From positions 1 through 64,000 of the forward strand of contig JAUCBJ010008092.1 of NCBI GenBank assembly GCA_032718475.1: a stretch of DNA of 64,000 bases. Reading direction: 5' to 3'. Origin of the DNA: Nemertoderma westbladi (Eukaryota; Animalia; Xenacoelomorpha). Positions 1 to 10,562 of the stretch are shown here, one piece after another. The notes under the pieces are model-generated. The model searched no databases. It had not been told where the DNA came from and saw nothing but the letters and a program-made list of their open reading frames with translations. Numbering within the stretch: the first letter of the stretch is position 1; each line of letters opens with the position of its first letter. Made by a program: the position numbers and the translations under genes.

Positions 1-2
1 TA

Positions 3-1414
3 CAGTAACGCTTTCAAATAACGTCCTATTGGATCCTAATAGGATCCTAATAGGAACCTAATAGGAAATAAATAACCTTTAGGAAATCACTTGGAATTTG
101 CCTAATGCAAGTCTACCTAGAGCGGCTAAATATCAAAGCTTAGAAGTGTCTGTCAATCAACCTCCCGGGATAGCTGAAAGTAGTAAAGAGAGCCGCTTTG
201 TCTAGTGGTTGAGTTGTATTTCCCTTCCCCTGACCTATCTTACAACAACGATACTCCCCATAGGCTAATGTTAAATATGCAAAGTACACCTACTGGCTTT
301 AACTCAACATCTGGACACATTAACTACCATACGGTAAAGGTAACGCCGTTTGTGTAAAATAGGCCCGCCAACACGTTGAGTGAGCCTCAACAAGTAGTTG
401 GGCTGCTAAGGCGTAATCTGATTATATTCGGACGTCAAACTTTTAATAATTTTATTTAAATTATTGTGCGAACTTTTTAGATCTGGCGATTTTACCATTT
501 CCATGGTATAATAAATATAATTTATAATTAATATTAATATCAATATGCCAAGAGGATAAGTTTGTTACAAACCGCCACTAAACTCATAAGGGTCTGTTAA
601 TTCCTGTAGGATGTTATGTCATTTATTTTTCGTAGTGGTAGCGATACGGATTGTGACATGTTGCGGAATCTGCTTGGAGAGTGTAATGTGCTTTGTGGAT
701 GTAGCAAATATAGCATTCAATATTACATACATTTATTTAGTCGCCCAGTTTTACCCCTGTCTAGTTATTAATTAAACTACTGTAATAAATGAAAATAAAC
801 TAATATTTATTCTATTAATAATTACACAAACATTACACAAACACAAACTCTTTATTACTCTAAATATGTTCAATAGTAATAAATACAGTGTGTGATCCTA
901 CATTTATTTGTAAGTTCAATACGATTTTAAATTATTCCAGAGCCCACCAGCAGCCCACGGACGTTAACTAATGTGCGGATGTGTGTGGATGTCATCTATT
1001 AGAGTTTATATTTTAAATATTATTTAGGTCAGAGGCTGGCAATACAAGGTACAGTAGGAGTGTAATCTTCCATCGACAACCATACCTCAATGTAATGAAC
1101 TGAACACTACGCATACTTTAGGCTGAGTCTACAGTAGTCCATTCTATACAACTTAATGATTGACATGATAGAGAAGAAGTAGACCAGCACAAGCATAGTC
1201 TGAGTCAGTCCACCTTCCAGACATCAAAGTAAGCGCCTATTTCCAAGTAAATTCCAAATGAAATCCAAGTCAAATCCTAAGTGCCTCCAAGTCTGGAATT
1301 TGGGCTAAATTTCATTTCCAATTAAATCCTAACTCCAATAGTAGTGAATCAGTGACTTGGATCCTAATAGGATCCTATTAGGATCCAATACGACGTTATT
1401 TGAAAGCGGTACTG
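3..1414. mobile_element. Non-autonomous Tc1/mariner-type element inserted in a BEL integrase
   Basis: About 50-bp TIRs: CAGTAACGCTTTCAAATAACGTCCTATTGGATCC at 3 and GGATCCAATACGACGTTATTTGAAAGCGGTACTG ending at 1414. CAGT...ACTG termini flanked by TA (1-2, 1415-1416). No ORF inside. Confidence 0.85.
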
Positions 1415-1416
1415 TA

Positions 1417-2425
1417 ATACCGGTGTGGATTTATTTGGCCCTATTGAAGTATATCGTGCCCGGACTATAGTCAAGAGATGGTGTGTCATCTTCGTTTGTA
1501 TGACTTGTAGAGCTATCCACCTCGATATGGTAAACGATCTCTCCACCAACAGCTTCGTGTTGAGTTTACGACGACAGATCGCTCGCTTCGGAACCAGTAA
1601 CACGATGAGATCGGATAAGGGAACGAACTTCATTGGCGCCAACAACGAAATTCAAGCTTACGTAAAGGACTGGAACAAAAGACAGGTGGACGATCAGCTA
1701 AGGATAACAGCGTCTAGCTGGACCTTCAACGCCGCCGACGCCCCTTGGTGGGGAGGAAGTTGGGAGAGATTGATTAGGAGCGTGAAGACTGCGTTCCACT
1801 TTATTGTGCCTTGTCGCGCTTATCTCACCGACGAACTATTGCGGACGTTAATGGAGGAAATCGCCGCCTATCTCAACGAAAGACCGCTTATGCCAGTCTC
1901 TTCAAATCCTGATTCCCTGGAAGCGCTAACACCCGCGCACTTTCTACTGAAGAAGCCCGTAGCCATGCTCCACGATCGGAGATCACAGACGGAGACGAGT
2001 ACTGCCGTCGAACCTGGCAACTTATGCAGTTGCTATCCCGTCGTTTCGCTGACCATTTCGAGAAACATTACCTGCCCACTCTACAACTTCGAACTAAGTG
2101 GTTTGCGCAGCAAGAAAACGTCAGCGCTGGAGACATGGTGCTTATTGTGGACCCCGATCTCCCACGTAAGCGATGGCAAACAGGACGTATCATCGAGACT
2201 TATATCTCGAGCGATGGTTTGGTGCGATCAGTAGAGCTCGTCGTCATGCGGCGGAACTTTAAGAAACCAGGGATAGTCTTTGAGACTCAACAGCTCAATC
2301 GCCCAGTGGGTCGTTTATGTTTACTGGAAAGAGACAGAGAGCTCTCCGGAAACTATGGAAGGCAAGAAACTCTTCCCACGACCACTTCCCTAATCCAACC
2401 GACATCTAGGGACTCCCCAACTTAA
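1417..2425 (+). pseudogene. BEL/Pao integrase core and C-terminus, frameshifted
   Basis: TGVDLFGP...RAIHLD...SDKGTNFIGA...APWWGGSWERLIRSVK...LNERPL...LTPAHFL, then in another frame HYLPTLQLRTKW...GDMVLIVD...W..GRI...DGLVRSV...RPVGRLCLLE. These are BEL/Pao integrase motifs. Confidence 0.93.
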
Positions 2426-2943
2426 TATCGTTCGGAGTGGGCGTGTGACTCTATTATTTTATATTATTTTATTATTTTTACATTTATGTATGTATTACTA
2501 TGTAATTTTATTATAATCGTTTTATTTAATTTAGTAGAATATTATTTAGCGATTATTTTGTAGAATAGTGCAATATATTCGTGTTTATTACGTACGTAAT
2601 TACTTATATTATATTTAGTGAGACGGCGAAGAAATAATTATTTTTTCTCTTTCCTTACTGTCCGTATTATATTATAAATACGTAACTACAGTAAGATGAA
2701 ATGTCCGTACTTATTAAAGTACAATAAAGCCACTACTATATTTAAGTATTATTGGTAGGCAGAGTATTAGGAATGCAAAGTTCAGATCCTCGTGTCTCGG
2801 CTAAACCAAGCTCTGGGTAGACCTTGGAAACGACTTGCCTCTTCACACTGACATTGCTTCGTGCGATATTGCTCTCATACCGTATATTAAATAATACATA
2901 TAGTAGCGTGATGTCCCTTTAACAGTAGCGTATAACGCAAAAT

Positions 2944-3280
2944 AAATCTGTTAAACCCTTTGACCATCTGTAATTCTAGTCGATTAAGATATCGCGGCAC
3001 CCACCGATATACTTGAAAGACAAATTCTAGAATCAGTGGTTAACGTCCCCAGACAAGTTCTGGAATAAATCGGTGCCCATCTCAAATATTAATTAGTTAA
3101 TATTTACAAATCAAATAAGTCAAAATCTGTAAAATTCAGATCCTTCAACGATTCTAGTCAATTAAGATATCGTAGCATTTACCGATATTCTTAAAGAGAC
3201 AATTTTCTTAGAATTAAGGATCTTGTGTTCCTAGACATGTTCTAGAATCAAAATATGCCCATTTAATTATCAAATAATAA
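2944..3280 (+). repeat. About 180-bp diverged tandem duplication, each unit containing a hairpin
   Basis: AAATCTGT...ATTCTAGTC(G/A)ATTAAGATATCG...CCGATAT...AGACA.GTTCT.GAAT...TGCCCAT occurs from about 2944 and again from about 3123. Confidence 0.7.
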
Positions 3281-4073
3281 AATTTCAGGGAATAAATTTA
3301 AATTCATGTCTTTTAATGAATTTAATAAATTGCCATTTTACGCAATTTATAAAGTTCCCAAAATTCCATTAATTAATAGATCAAGGGAGCGGAGATTTAT
3401 ATTATTATGCGTGTGCGTGTACGAAAGTCTCCCAAACATAGTTAATAGCCGATAAAATTCTTAAAGTCATGTATAAAACAGAACATTGACTATTAAAGAA
3501 TACTATTAAATAACATCCCAGATCTGTATGCATTGGAATCACCCTAATTCTACCGCTAGCTTTGCATAATGTCACCATAGCAACAACCACGCTAGAATTA
3601 GAATTGAGTTAACGAACAATAGAAAGCTTGTCCCATAGAATAGCATAGGGAATAAATAGCGCACTGCTAGTATCCAAGGATACATAATAATACAGTGACA
3701 TTCTGGAAGGCATTGACTAACGGACAAATGGCCCGAATGTGCGTACTTGTGACCAGTTGTGTGGTATTTGTGAGTTTATAGGTGAATGTTACTGCTAAAG
3801 TGTGTTTACAGTAGTTAGTCGCAATCGTAAAATAACCTAACTCTCCAAGGAATACCTGAAGTACATCTAAGCCTTTGGGACGGACAGTGGAGTGACTTGT
3901 GCCGGTTATCGTTGTCGTTGTACGGCTACGTCGTTGGCGAAAGTACAGCTACAGCGGTACATCGGCGCTGAGAATCTCTTACTGTCCGGGGGCAAGGGAG
4001 AAATAGGCAGCGACGCCCGCTCGCCTAACGATATATAAACTCATTATAATATTGGTGAACTTGTATAGCAGAT

Positions 4074-4472
4074 ATGACTGAATTAATAGAAGATGATCTT
4101 GGTATCAGGGAGAGATATACTCTACCTTTACAAGCGTTTGTCGATAGCTTAATACGCGGCGACGCTGATCCAACTACTACGGAGGACGATGGTCGTTATA
4201 TCGAACCGCCAATGTCCCAGGAGCAACTTACGCGTGAATTGGATTATAGAAAGTTCACTGCTCGCTACACTCATCGTAATGGTACGTATATGGACTTCTT
4301 GACCACTGGTCATCCTATTGATTTACACGACACCGACGATGTAGACACCGAAAGGGAAATGGTTTTGTTTAAATATCATACACAGCGGAGTCGAAACGAT
4401 AAATCAAGAATGGAACACGAGAACTCTATTCGAAATCAGCTCGAAAGAAAGAACGTGGAAGAAGGCTTGTAA
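4074..4472 (+). CDS. Probable N-terminal part of accessory ORF-X (separated by stops or frameshifts), or a separate small ORF
   Basis: 132-aa ATG-initiated ORF with coding-like composition, directly upstream of and on the same strand as 4715-6490. Confidence 0.45.
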   Translation: MTELIEDDLGIRERYTLPLQAFVDSLIRGDADPTTTEDDGRYIEPPMSQEQLTRELDYRKFTARYTHRNGTYMDFLTTGHPIDLHDTDDVDTEREMVLFKYHTQRSRNDKSRMEHENSIRNQLERKNVEEGL

Positions 4473-4714
4473 AGACAAATATAGATTGGGGATATAAATC
4501 TTATGTAGAACCACTGAGGCAAACATATCTTTGAACTGGTGTTTACCTCATCGCACTGGGGATAAATTCAGTTGGAGATAGTCCTCGAATGTAACAATCC
4601 TCCTACTGAGATCGTATTTCGGAATACTTCTGAATACGACCTAGGTCTCCCCCTGCTCTCTACCACTACCATCAATGTCACTGTCGGAAAACATATTGGG
4701 CATACAACAGGAAT

Positions 4715-6490
4715 ATGGAGAACATTCCATACCCTTTCGTGGATACTCAGCTGATTGCTCCTTGGGCCGAAGGCCGAGGTTTCTTTCGCACTATGTATGC
4801 CAATACACCCAGCAGCATTACTAAAGTACAACGGACATCCATCGGACATCTTGCCTTTCAAGAATATGGTTGGAATTTCAAAGTTGGAAATCCTATAAAT
4901 TACCAGCAAATATATGGAGATCATTACTCCCGTTTATATTTTGATGGACCATTAACTGCGCCTGGTGCCGTATATAGCTTTATGAGTGTTCCCCTTCGCC
5001 CTTCCTTAGCTATATACACGATCTTTGAAAACGCAGCACTTGCCGGTTGGCTAGCCGATGTGTGCAGTCGTACCATACGCGCTCACCCGTTAATACTTGG
5101 AACTAAACTCGCCAAGTTAGACGAACACAATAAGTTCATACGTTTCGAATGTTTCCGGCGCTTTCTGACTCCGTTCCGTAACGTCGATAGTCAGTTCAAA
5201 GATCGCGCGCTGACCAAGCTCAGTCTTAGAGACTCAGCTGCGGAGAAACTGAGTAGCGCTGGATTTGCCGTATTTCAAGACGTTTGTATACAGAACTCAC
5301 ATTCATCTGTTATACAAAGACCCCGAATACCTACAGGTTATTCTGTCGTGGAAATACAGACAGTGGGTCCACTTACGGAAACCGACGCACCCACTTCGTC
5401 TATGCAGCTGGAGGATGAACCAGTATGCTTGGAATCCGAAGCGATTCAACCTACGGCTTCTCGGAGCAGTGACAATGATTATGTCATAGAGTGGTATCAA
5501 GGCCCACAGCGTCTCACAGCGTACGATTATCGACACGCCAACTACGTTTCCCGAAAACGTTGTCGATTATGCGCATCGAGAGACCACTTCACTCCTCTCG
5601 ACTCGAGCGTACCTTGTTCCTATTTCCTCGAACAACCGATGATGGAAATATATTGTGCTTATTGCCGGCTTAATAACTCTCATATATTTGCCGTCTGCCC
5701 ACAATTTATGACTCAATGTCACTACTGCCAACTTAAAGGACACGAAAGTTACAACTGTCCCTTTAATCGCGATTTAGAGAGCGTAGACGAGATGATCACC
5801 CTGCGATACATCCGAGCTTGGGAAGCGAACGCCGATTTACATTGCGAATCCCGACATCGCTATTACCCTGGACGAGCTTACGAGGGAGTTTACGCGTTCC
5901 ATCCTTATCTATTCGCGTCGATTGAACAGAAAACACGCGTACCAAGTTACGAGTTAATGAAGCGTGTTGGCGAGTGTATTTCCACCAAGTTTGTCAGGAA
6001 ATACCTGAGAAACGTTAACCCTAATGATATAACCACATATCACCTGATCAATTTTATCCGTCAGGACCCTGAGTATGGCGACATTTTCGTGAACTCGCAT
6101 CCTGAACTCCAGGAAGTATCTCGGCGCCCATATGAATACCGAACCCGAGAACGCGAGCTGGAGAGAACCATTAAACCGAGAAAGTTCCTCACCACTCACG
6201 GTCCACCCACCGCTAGTGTCCAGACGACCCGTCAAGGACCCGTAGGAGCTGCTGTCCTGAGACGCGCTCTAAAGGCCGTTAGACCTCACTCCACTGAGGT
6301 TGATATTAATCAACCAGGTACCTCGACCGGCGGGTATACCGATCGTAACCCTGCACCTTCTGATGCAATTATATTGCACCCTTCGCCTAGGAGCTACAGC
6401 CCACCTCGTAAAGTGGCTCGCCCCAAAGAGAAAAGGACTCTTGCTAGCCTCAAGAAACTGCGTAAACGCCGTCCGCGCAAGAAAGACTAA
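4715..6490 (+). CDS. ORF-X: unknown retrotransposon accessory protein with CCHC zinc knuckles and a basic C-terminus
   Basis: 591-aa open frame with CRLCASRDH, CAYCRLNNSHIFAVC and CHYCQLKGHESYNC, ending KKLRKRRPRKKD. A clear protein homologue lies at 58637-60540 (-). Confidence 0.8.
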   Translation: MENIPYPFVDTQLIAPWAEGRGFFRTMYANTPSSITKVQRTSIGHLAFQEYGWNFKVGNPINYQQIYGDHYSRLYFDGPLTAPGAVYSFMSVPLRPSLAIYTIFENAALAGWLADVCSRTIRAHPLILGTKLAKLDEHNKFIRFECFRRFLTPFRNVDSQFKDRALTKLSLRDSAAEKLSSAGFAVFQDVCIQNSHSSVIQRPRIPTGYSVVEIQTVGPLTETDAPTSSMQLEDEPVCLESEAIQPTASRSSDNDYVIEWYQGPQRLTAYDYRHANYVSRKRCRLCASRDHFTPLDSSVPCSYFLEQPMMEIYCAYCRLNNSHIFAVCPQFMTQCHYCQLKGHESYNCPFNRDLESVDEMITLRYIRAWEANADLHCESRHRYYPGRAYEGVYAFHPYLFASIEQKTRVPSYELMKRVGECISTKFVRKYLRNVNPNDITTYHLINFIRQDPEYGDIFVNSHPELQEVSRRPYEYRTRERELERTIKPRKFLTTHGPPTASVQTTRQGPVGAAVLRRALKAVRPHSTEVDINQPGTSTGGYTDRNPAPSDAIILHPSPRSYSPPRKVARPKEKRTLASLKKLRKRRPRKKD

Positions 6491-6568
6491 CTGTTTAGAG
6501 TATTTTTATATTTTAGAAACTGTGATTTTGTATATTTTATAGACTTAAATCCCATTTTCTGGGAGCGG

Positions 6569-7770
6569 TGTAAAAGCTTTTGTGGGATAACTGATTCGTT
6601 TGCCTTGTTGGCCAGTTCCCCCCCAGTCGCTAAGAATACTCTCAAAGTGATCTACAGCTAAAAATAGTGCAAGTTACCAGCTTATTGGCTGATTTGCTGT
6701 ACGCAGGCATCTGGGCTCTGTTTAATCGGCCAACAAGCCTAGGGAGGTTGCGTCATAGCCTTGTTTTGTATCTCCCAATAGAATTTGAGTTATCCTTGAT
6801 GTTGACCTATCACAGAGTACTGAACTGAAAATTTCCTATCTCACTGCTCTTTCTCTGTGTTGAACGGGAGCTTCGTGGAATAAGGGAGTTGGTATCCTCG
6901 TATAGAGCAGTAGTCACGAGTTTTTCAAAGCCACGAAAGAACGGCTTTTTAGTGTTTTATGTTTTATGCTTTTTAGCTCAACACTAGTAGGTTTAATTAC
7001 AAGGACATATATCCTTTAACTGGCTGCAATTACGCATCAAACAACCTGGCTTTAAACTCTGTAAATATCAAAACAAACTGGCACGATTGATCTGTGAATA
7101 CTGCATACTGCTATTTGTTGTCGGTTATTCATTATATTTGTTGATGAATTATTATATTGGAATAACGAGAAATAACCCCGACACCCAATATTCTTGATAT
7201 ACCGAAGGTAAGAGAGAAAGGTTACCAATAACGATTGTGACTTATGTTAAAGTGGTTTGAAGTGAATCTAATGTTATTTGATAGACCCTACATGAGTCAG
7301 TCTGTGTTCCTTTTATATGTGATTAAAATCAGTGAAGATTGGCAGATTAGTGTGCAGTATTGTGCAGCATTGCGTATGAGCGAGTCTGTTAAAGAAGCAA
7401 TTCCTAAAGAATGCGCCATATATGTGAATTATAATTAAGCCATATCGTTGTGAGTAGTTTAAGTCATAACTCTGTTTATATAGATAAAGCGCCACGTCCT
7501 AAAGGAACTGTTAATATTCCCGAAGGTGAATAATATTGTCAGAGATTATATAATACTGTCAGTCGAATAATACATTAAGCTTACATAGCAATAAAATTAA
7601 ACCGTCGAACCCAATCTCCCGGGAATATCCAGCGGGTGAATGGTCGCGCACGGATTGGTTTCGACTAGTGTAGTGAATCAAATACTTGTCATAGGCTAAA
7701 AAGCGATTTAATATCTAGAAGACATCTTAATTTGGCGGGTTAAACTGCCAAAGGTCTGAAAGCGTGAACA
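6569..7770 (+). repeat. 3' LTR, family B (about 1.2 kb)
   Basis: Starts TGTAAAAGCTTTTGTGGGATAACTG right after the PPT and ends AAAGCGTGAACA. Both termini match the TSD-flanked solo LTR at 50289-51514. AATAAA at 7590. Confidence 0.88.
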
Positions 7771-8368
7771 CATTGTCTTTATATGTGAACATTGAGGGTA
7801 GTACCCTTATGTGTCACATAGGAGCGGGATTTGTAGGTATAAGAAATGGAATTCTACTTGGAACTCACAATATTGAGACATTTTCGAAATTTTAGACAAT
7901 CCATTTGGATTTGAAAAATTTTTAAATTTTCTCCAGTGAATAGATTTCAGGGTACAGTCGGGTGGAACTTAAAATTAGAGAAACAAGAAGAGGAAGACTT
8001 GCGAGCCTTTCTTAAAAATTTTAATTAAATTTTACACGGTCTTGTTTCAATAAGTTACGTCAATAAATAGACTCCCCTATATTTATTACTAATTCTTGAT
8101 TGCTTATTTTCTGATAATAGTTTGGGATCAAAAGGTGAGTATTTTAGACTCACAGCCAGTTTAGCCCAAATTCGTTTTTATTTCGGCAAAAATTTTAGAT
8201 AAGAAGCAGCGTGTCATTAAAGAAACCCTAGATCTTAGGCTATGGGTAGGAGGTTAGAGCGTTGTCGAGCCCAAAGGGCAGACGAAACTCTCACGTCTCC
8301 TCACAACTAACTACAAACTCTGTTGTATTCCCTCTAGTAGTAATGATTATATAACTATACCCCTAATT

Positions 8369-9880
8369 ATGGAGAAAGGGATACAAGGAGAGCCGAGATG
8401 GGGATATGATATCCAAGAGGAGGCAGCAGCGCCATTCGAAAGATTTGGAGCCAAGGACTACACTATATTTGGAATAAAGGAATTATCGGAAAGTACAGCG
8501 AAACTCGCGAGAACTAAATATGACTCAAATGTATTAAAGAGAAGACAAAATGCATTAAACGAAAGAATCGAAAGTTTGCGCAAAACCTTCAATGAACTTT
8601 ACCCGTACGACGCCTTGTGTGATACGGGAGACATTAGCGAAGACCCCGATACTGAAATTAGTCGTTTGTATCATACCATGCAATACCTAAAGGCGCACGA
8701 ACCTATGCCCGCGGTAAGAGATGAATTTGATGGAATGCATCTTTACAGACGAACTCGAGGGGACGATAGAGAAACAAAGGAAGCATTTTCAGTTTATAAA
8801 CTTTATTATCAATGCGGTTCTTGTATGCGTGAACAACGAAATGCGATTCCGATGCGTTTGAATAAGGAAAATCCCGAACCGATATTGGCGAGGTGTTCGA
8901 ACCATCAACAACTACGCTACCAGGAAGGAGGGTATCCTTTATCAAATCCATATCATTCGTTTGCTATGACCGGACCAAAGGCGGGAGAAACTGTCGTTTA
9001 CCCACCTAAGGTTGTTGAACCCGATGCATTTGAACTTACGCTGGACGAGGCGAATCAGTCAACCCGCAAAAGAAAGAAGCTCTTAGCCTATACAGAGCCT
9101 ACAAGGCTTTCGAGAAAGGTGAGATGGAAGAATGGGGCGGAAGACTCGCGAGCCTACCTTACCATTGGACGTCACACGATCAAACGCCAGCTAAGGAGAT
9201 GACACCGGAAATTTTCGAAAGTATAAATTTTGCCCAAAATGTTCAATCGTATCACATATGGTGAATTTGATCGGTTTCGAACGGAAAAGCGGAACAAAGG
9301 AGCTTGGTTAACCGTTGCATGGGCGTACCGAGCCGCGTTTTACCACAAACGTATACGAGCGAGCGTATTCGAGGAAGAGGAGGTCCTAGAGGCGACGAAT
9401 ATACCAGCCACCCCGGTTGCGCCGTCTGCACGTCACCCTCGGGAGGACGGACAGGGTAGGATCATACGGGTCCAGAAAGTGGGCCAACAGTTAAAGAAGT
9501 CTATTAATATAGAAGAACGCAAGGGAGTCGAGCCGACCATTCGAATTACTCGGGATACGGTATCGCTTCCTAGAGAACCAACAGGAGGATCGGGACATAC
9601 ACCAGCTGATCAAAAGGGGGCGCAAGCTGCTCTTGGGTCTGCGTCGTCCGCTTCCCGCGCGTTCCCAGACGTTCTACCAACTGTAGTGACAACTGATCGG
9701 TCACGAGGAATCGGTCGAGGTTTTGGGATGCCAAATAGACAAATTTGCGAGGAAATGGTCGCACCGTCTCTCAACGTCCAAACGAAACCAGTGACTAGCC
9801 CCACAAGTCCCATATCGCGAGCAAAGTCACCTGTGCGCAGTTTTCGAGGACGCGGCAGGGCTGGATCAACTAAGCGATAA
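8369..9880 (+). pseudogene. ORF-Y: unknown protein of about 500 codons upstream of a family-C LTR, broken near 9200-9230
   Basis: ORFs 8369-9202 and 9230-9880 are in the same frame, separated by two stops within 30 bp. YQCGSC...RCSNH motif, RKRKK, and an RGRGR-type tail. Followed by an AT-rich tract, GGAGCGG (10556-10562) and an LTR. Confidence 0.6.
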
Positions 9881-10562
9881 AAAGGAGGGCAAGGGTGGAC
9901 GGAAAACTCGTGAGCCTTTCTTATGATTTTGTGATTTATTTGAATTTATATTTATATTTGTGTTTATTCCGAACTTAAGCAATTTGTATTGTTCCGAATT
10001 TACGAAATTTAGAAAGTTTATATTTAGAAGGAACTTATATTTGAAAGATTTATGTTTCATATTTGAGATGCAAAGGAGTTTATATTATTCTAAACTTATG
10101 CAGTTTATATTTATATTTAGTAAAGATTTATATTTAGTAAGAATTTATATTTTATATTTGTGATTATTCCGAACTTATGCAATTTATATTGTTCCGAATA
10201 CTATGCAATTTATATCTTATAAGCAGTATTTGTATTTACAGTGAAATAGAAAGTAAGAGTAGATGGAAGACTCATTTTCATTTATTTGTATTTGTAATTA
10301 TTTGAATTTATGCAATATTGAGATGCAATAGATTTATATTGGTGAATTTAATTTAGATTGTATTGTACTTACTCAGTAAAGCCTTAACTACGTAAAGTTT
10401 GAATTTGTAATTATTTTGTATCGAATCATTATGTAGAAAGGAAGTATTGTTTGAAATTTAATTGTAAATATGTAAGTACGCCCTAAGTATTCTATAGTTT
10501 GATTGATTATTGGTGAAAACCGTATATTTTATGCACGATAATATCCTGTTTTCATGGAGCGG

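Larger units (their letters stand above)
1417..7770 (+). mobile_element. 3' half of a BEL/Pao LTR retrotransposon (family B): integrase, spacer, ORF-X, PPT, 3' LTR
   Basis: Integrase, then a 1.6-kb spacer, ORF-X, PPT GGGAGCGG (6561-6568) and a TG...CA LTR. Linking the integrase to this LTR is inferred, because a second PPT-like GGAGTGGGCG-TG lies at 2434-2445. Confidence 0.65.

Noticed and set aside
4715-6490. ORF-X as Env or as a second Gag
   Set aside because: No visible signal peptide or transmembrane anchor. The knuckle spacing and flanks differ from the BEL and Gypsy Gags in this window, and it lies directly 5' of the PPT.
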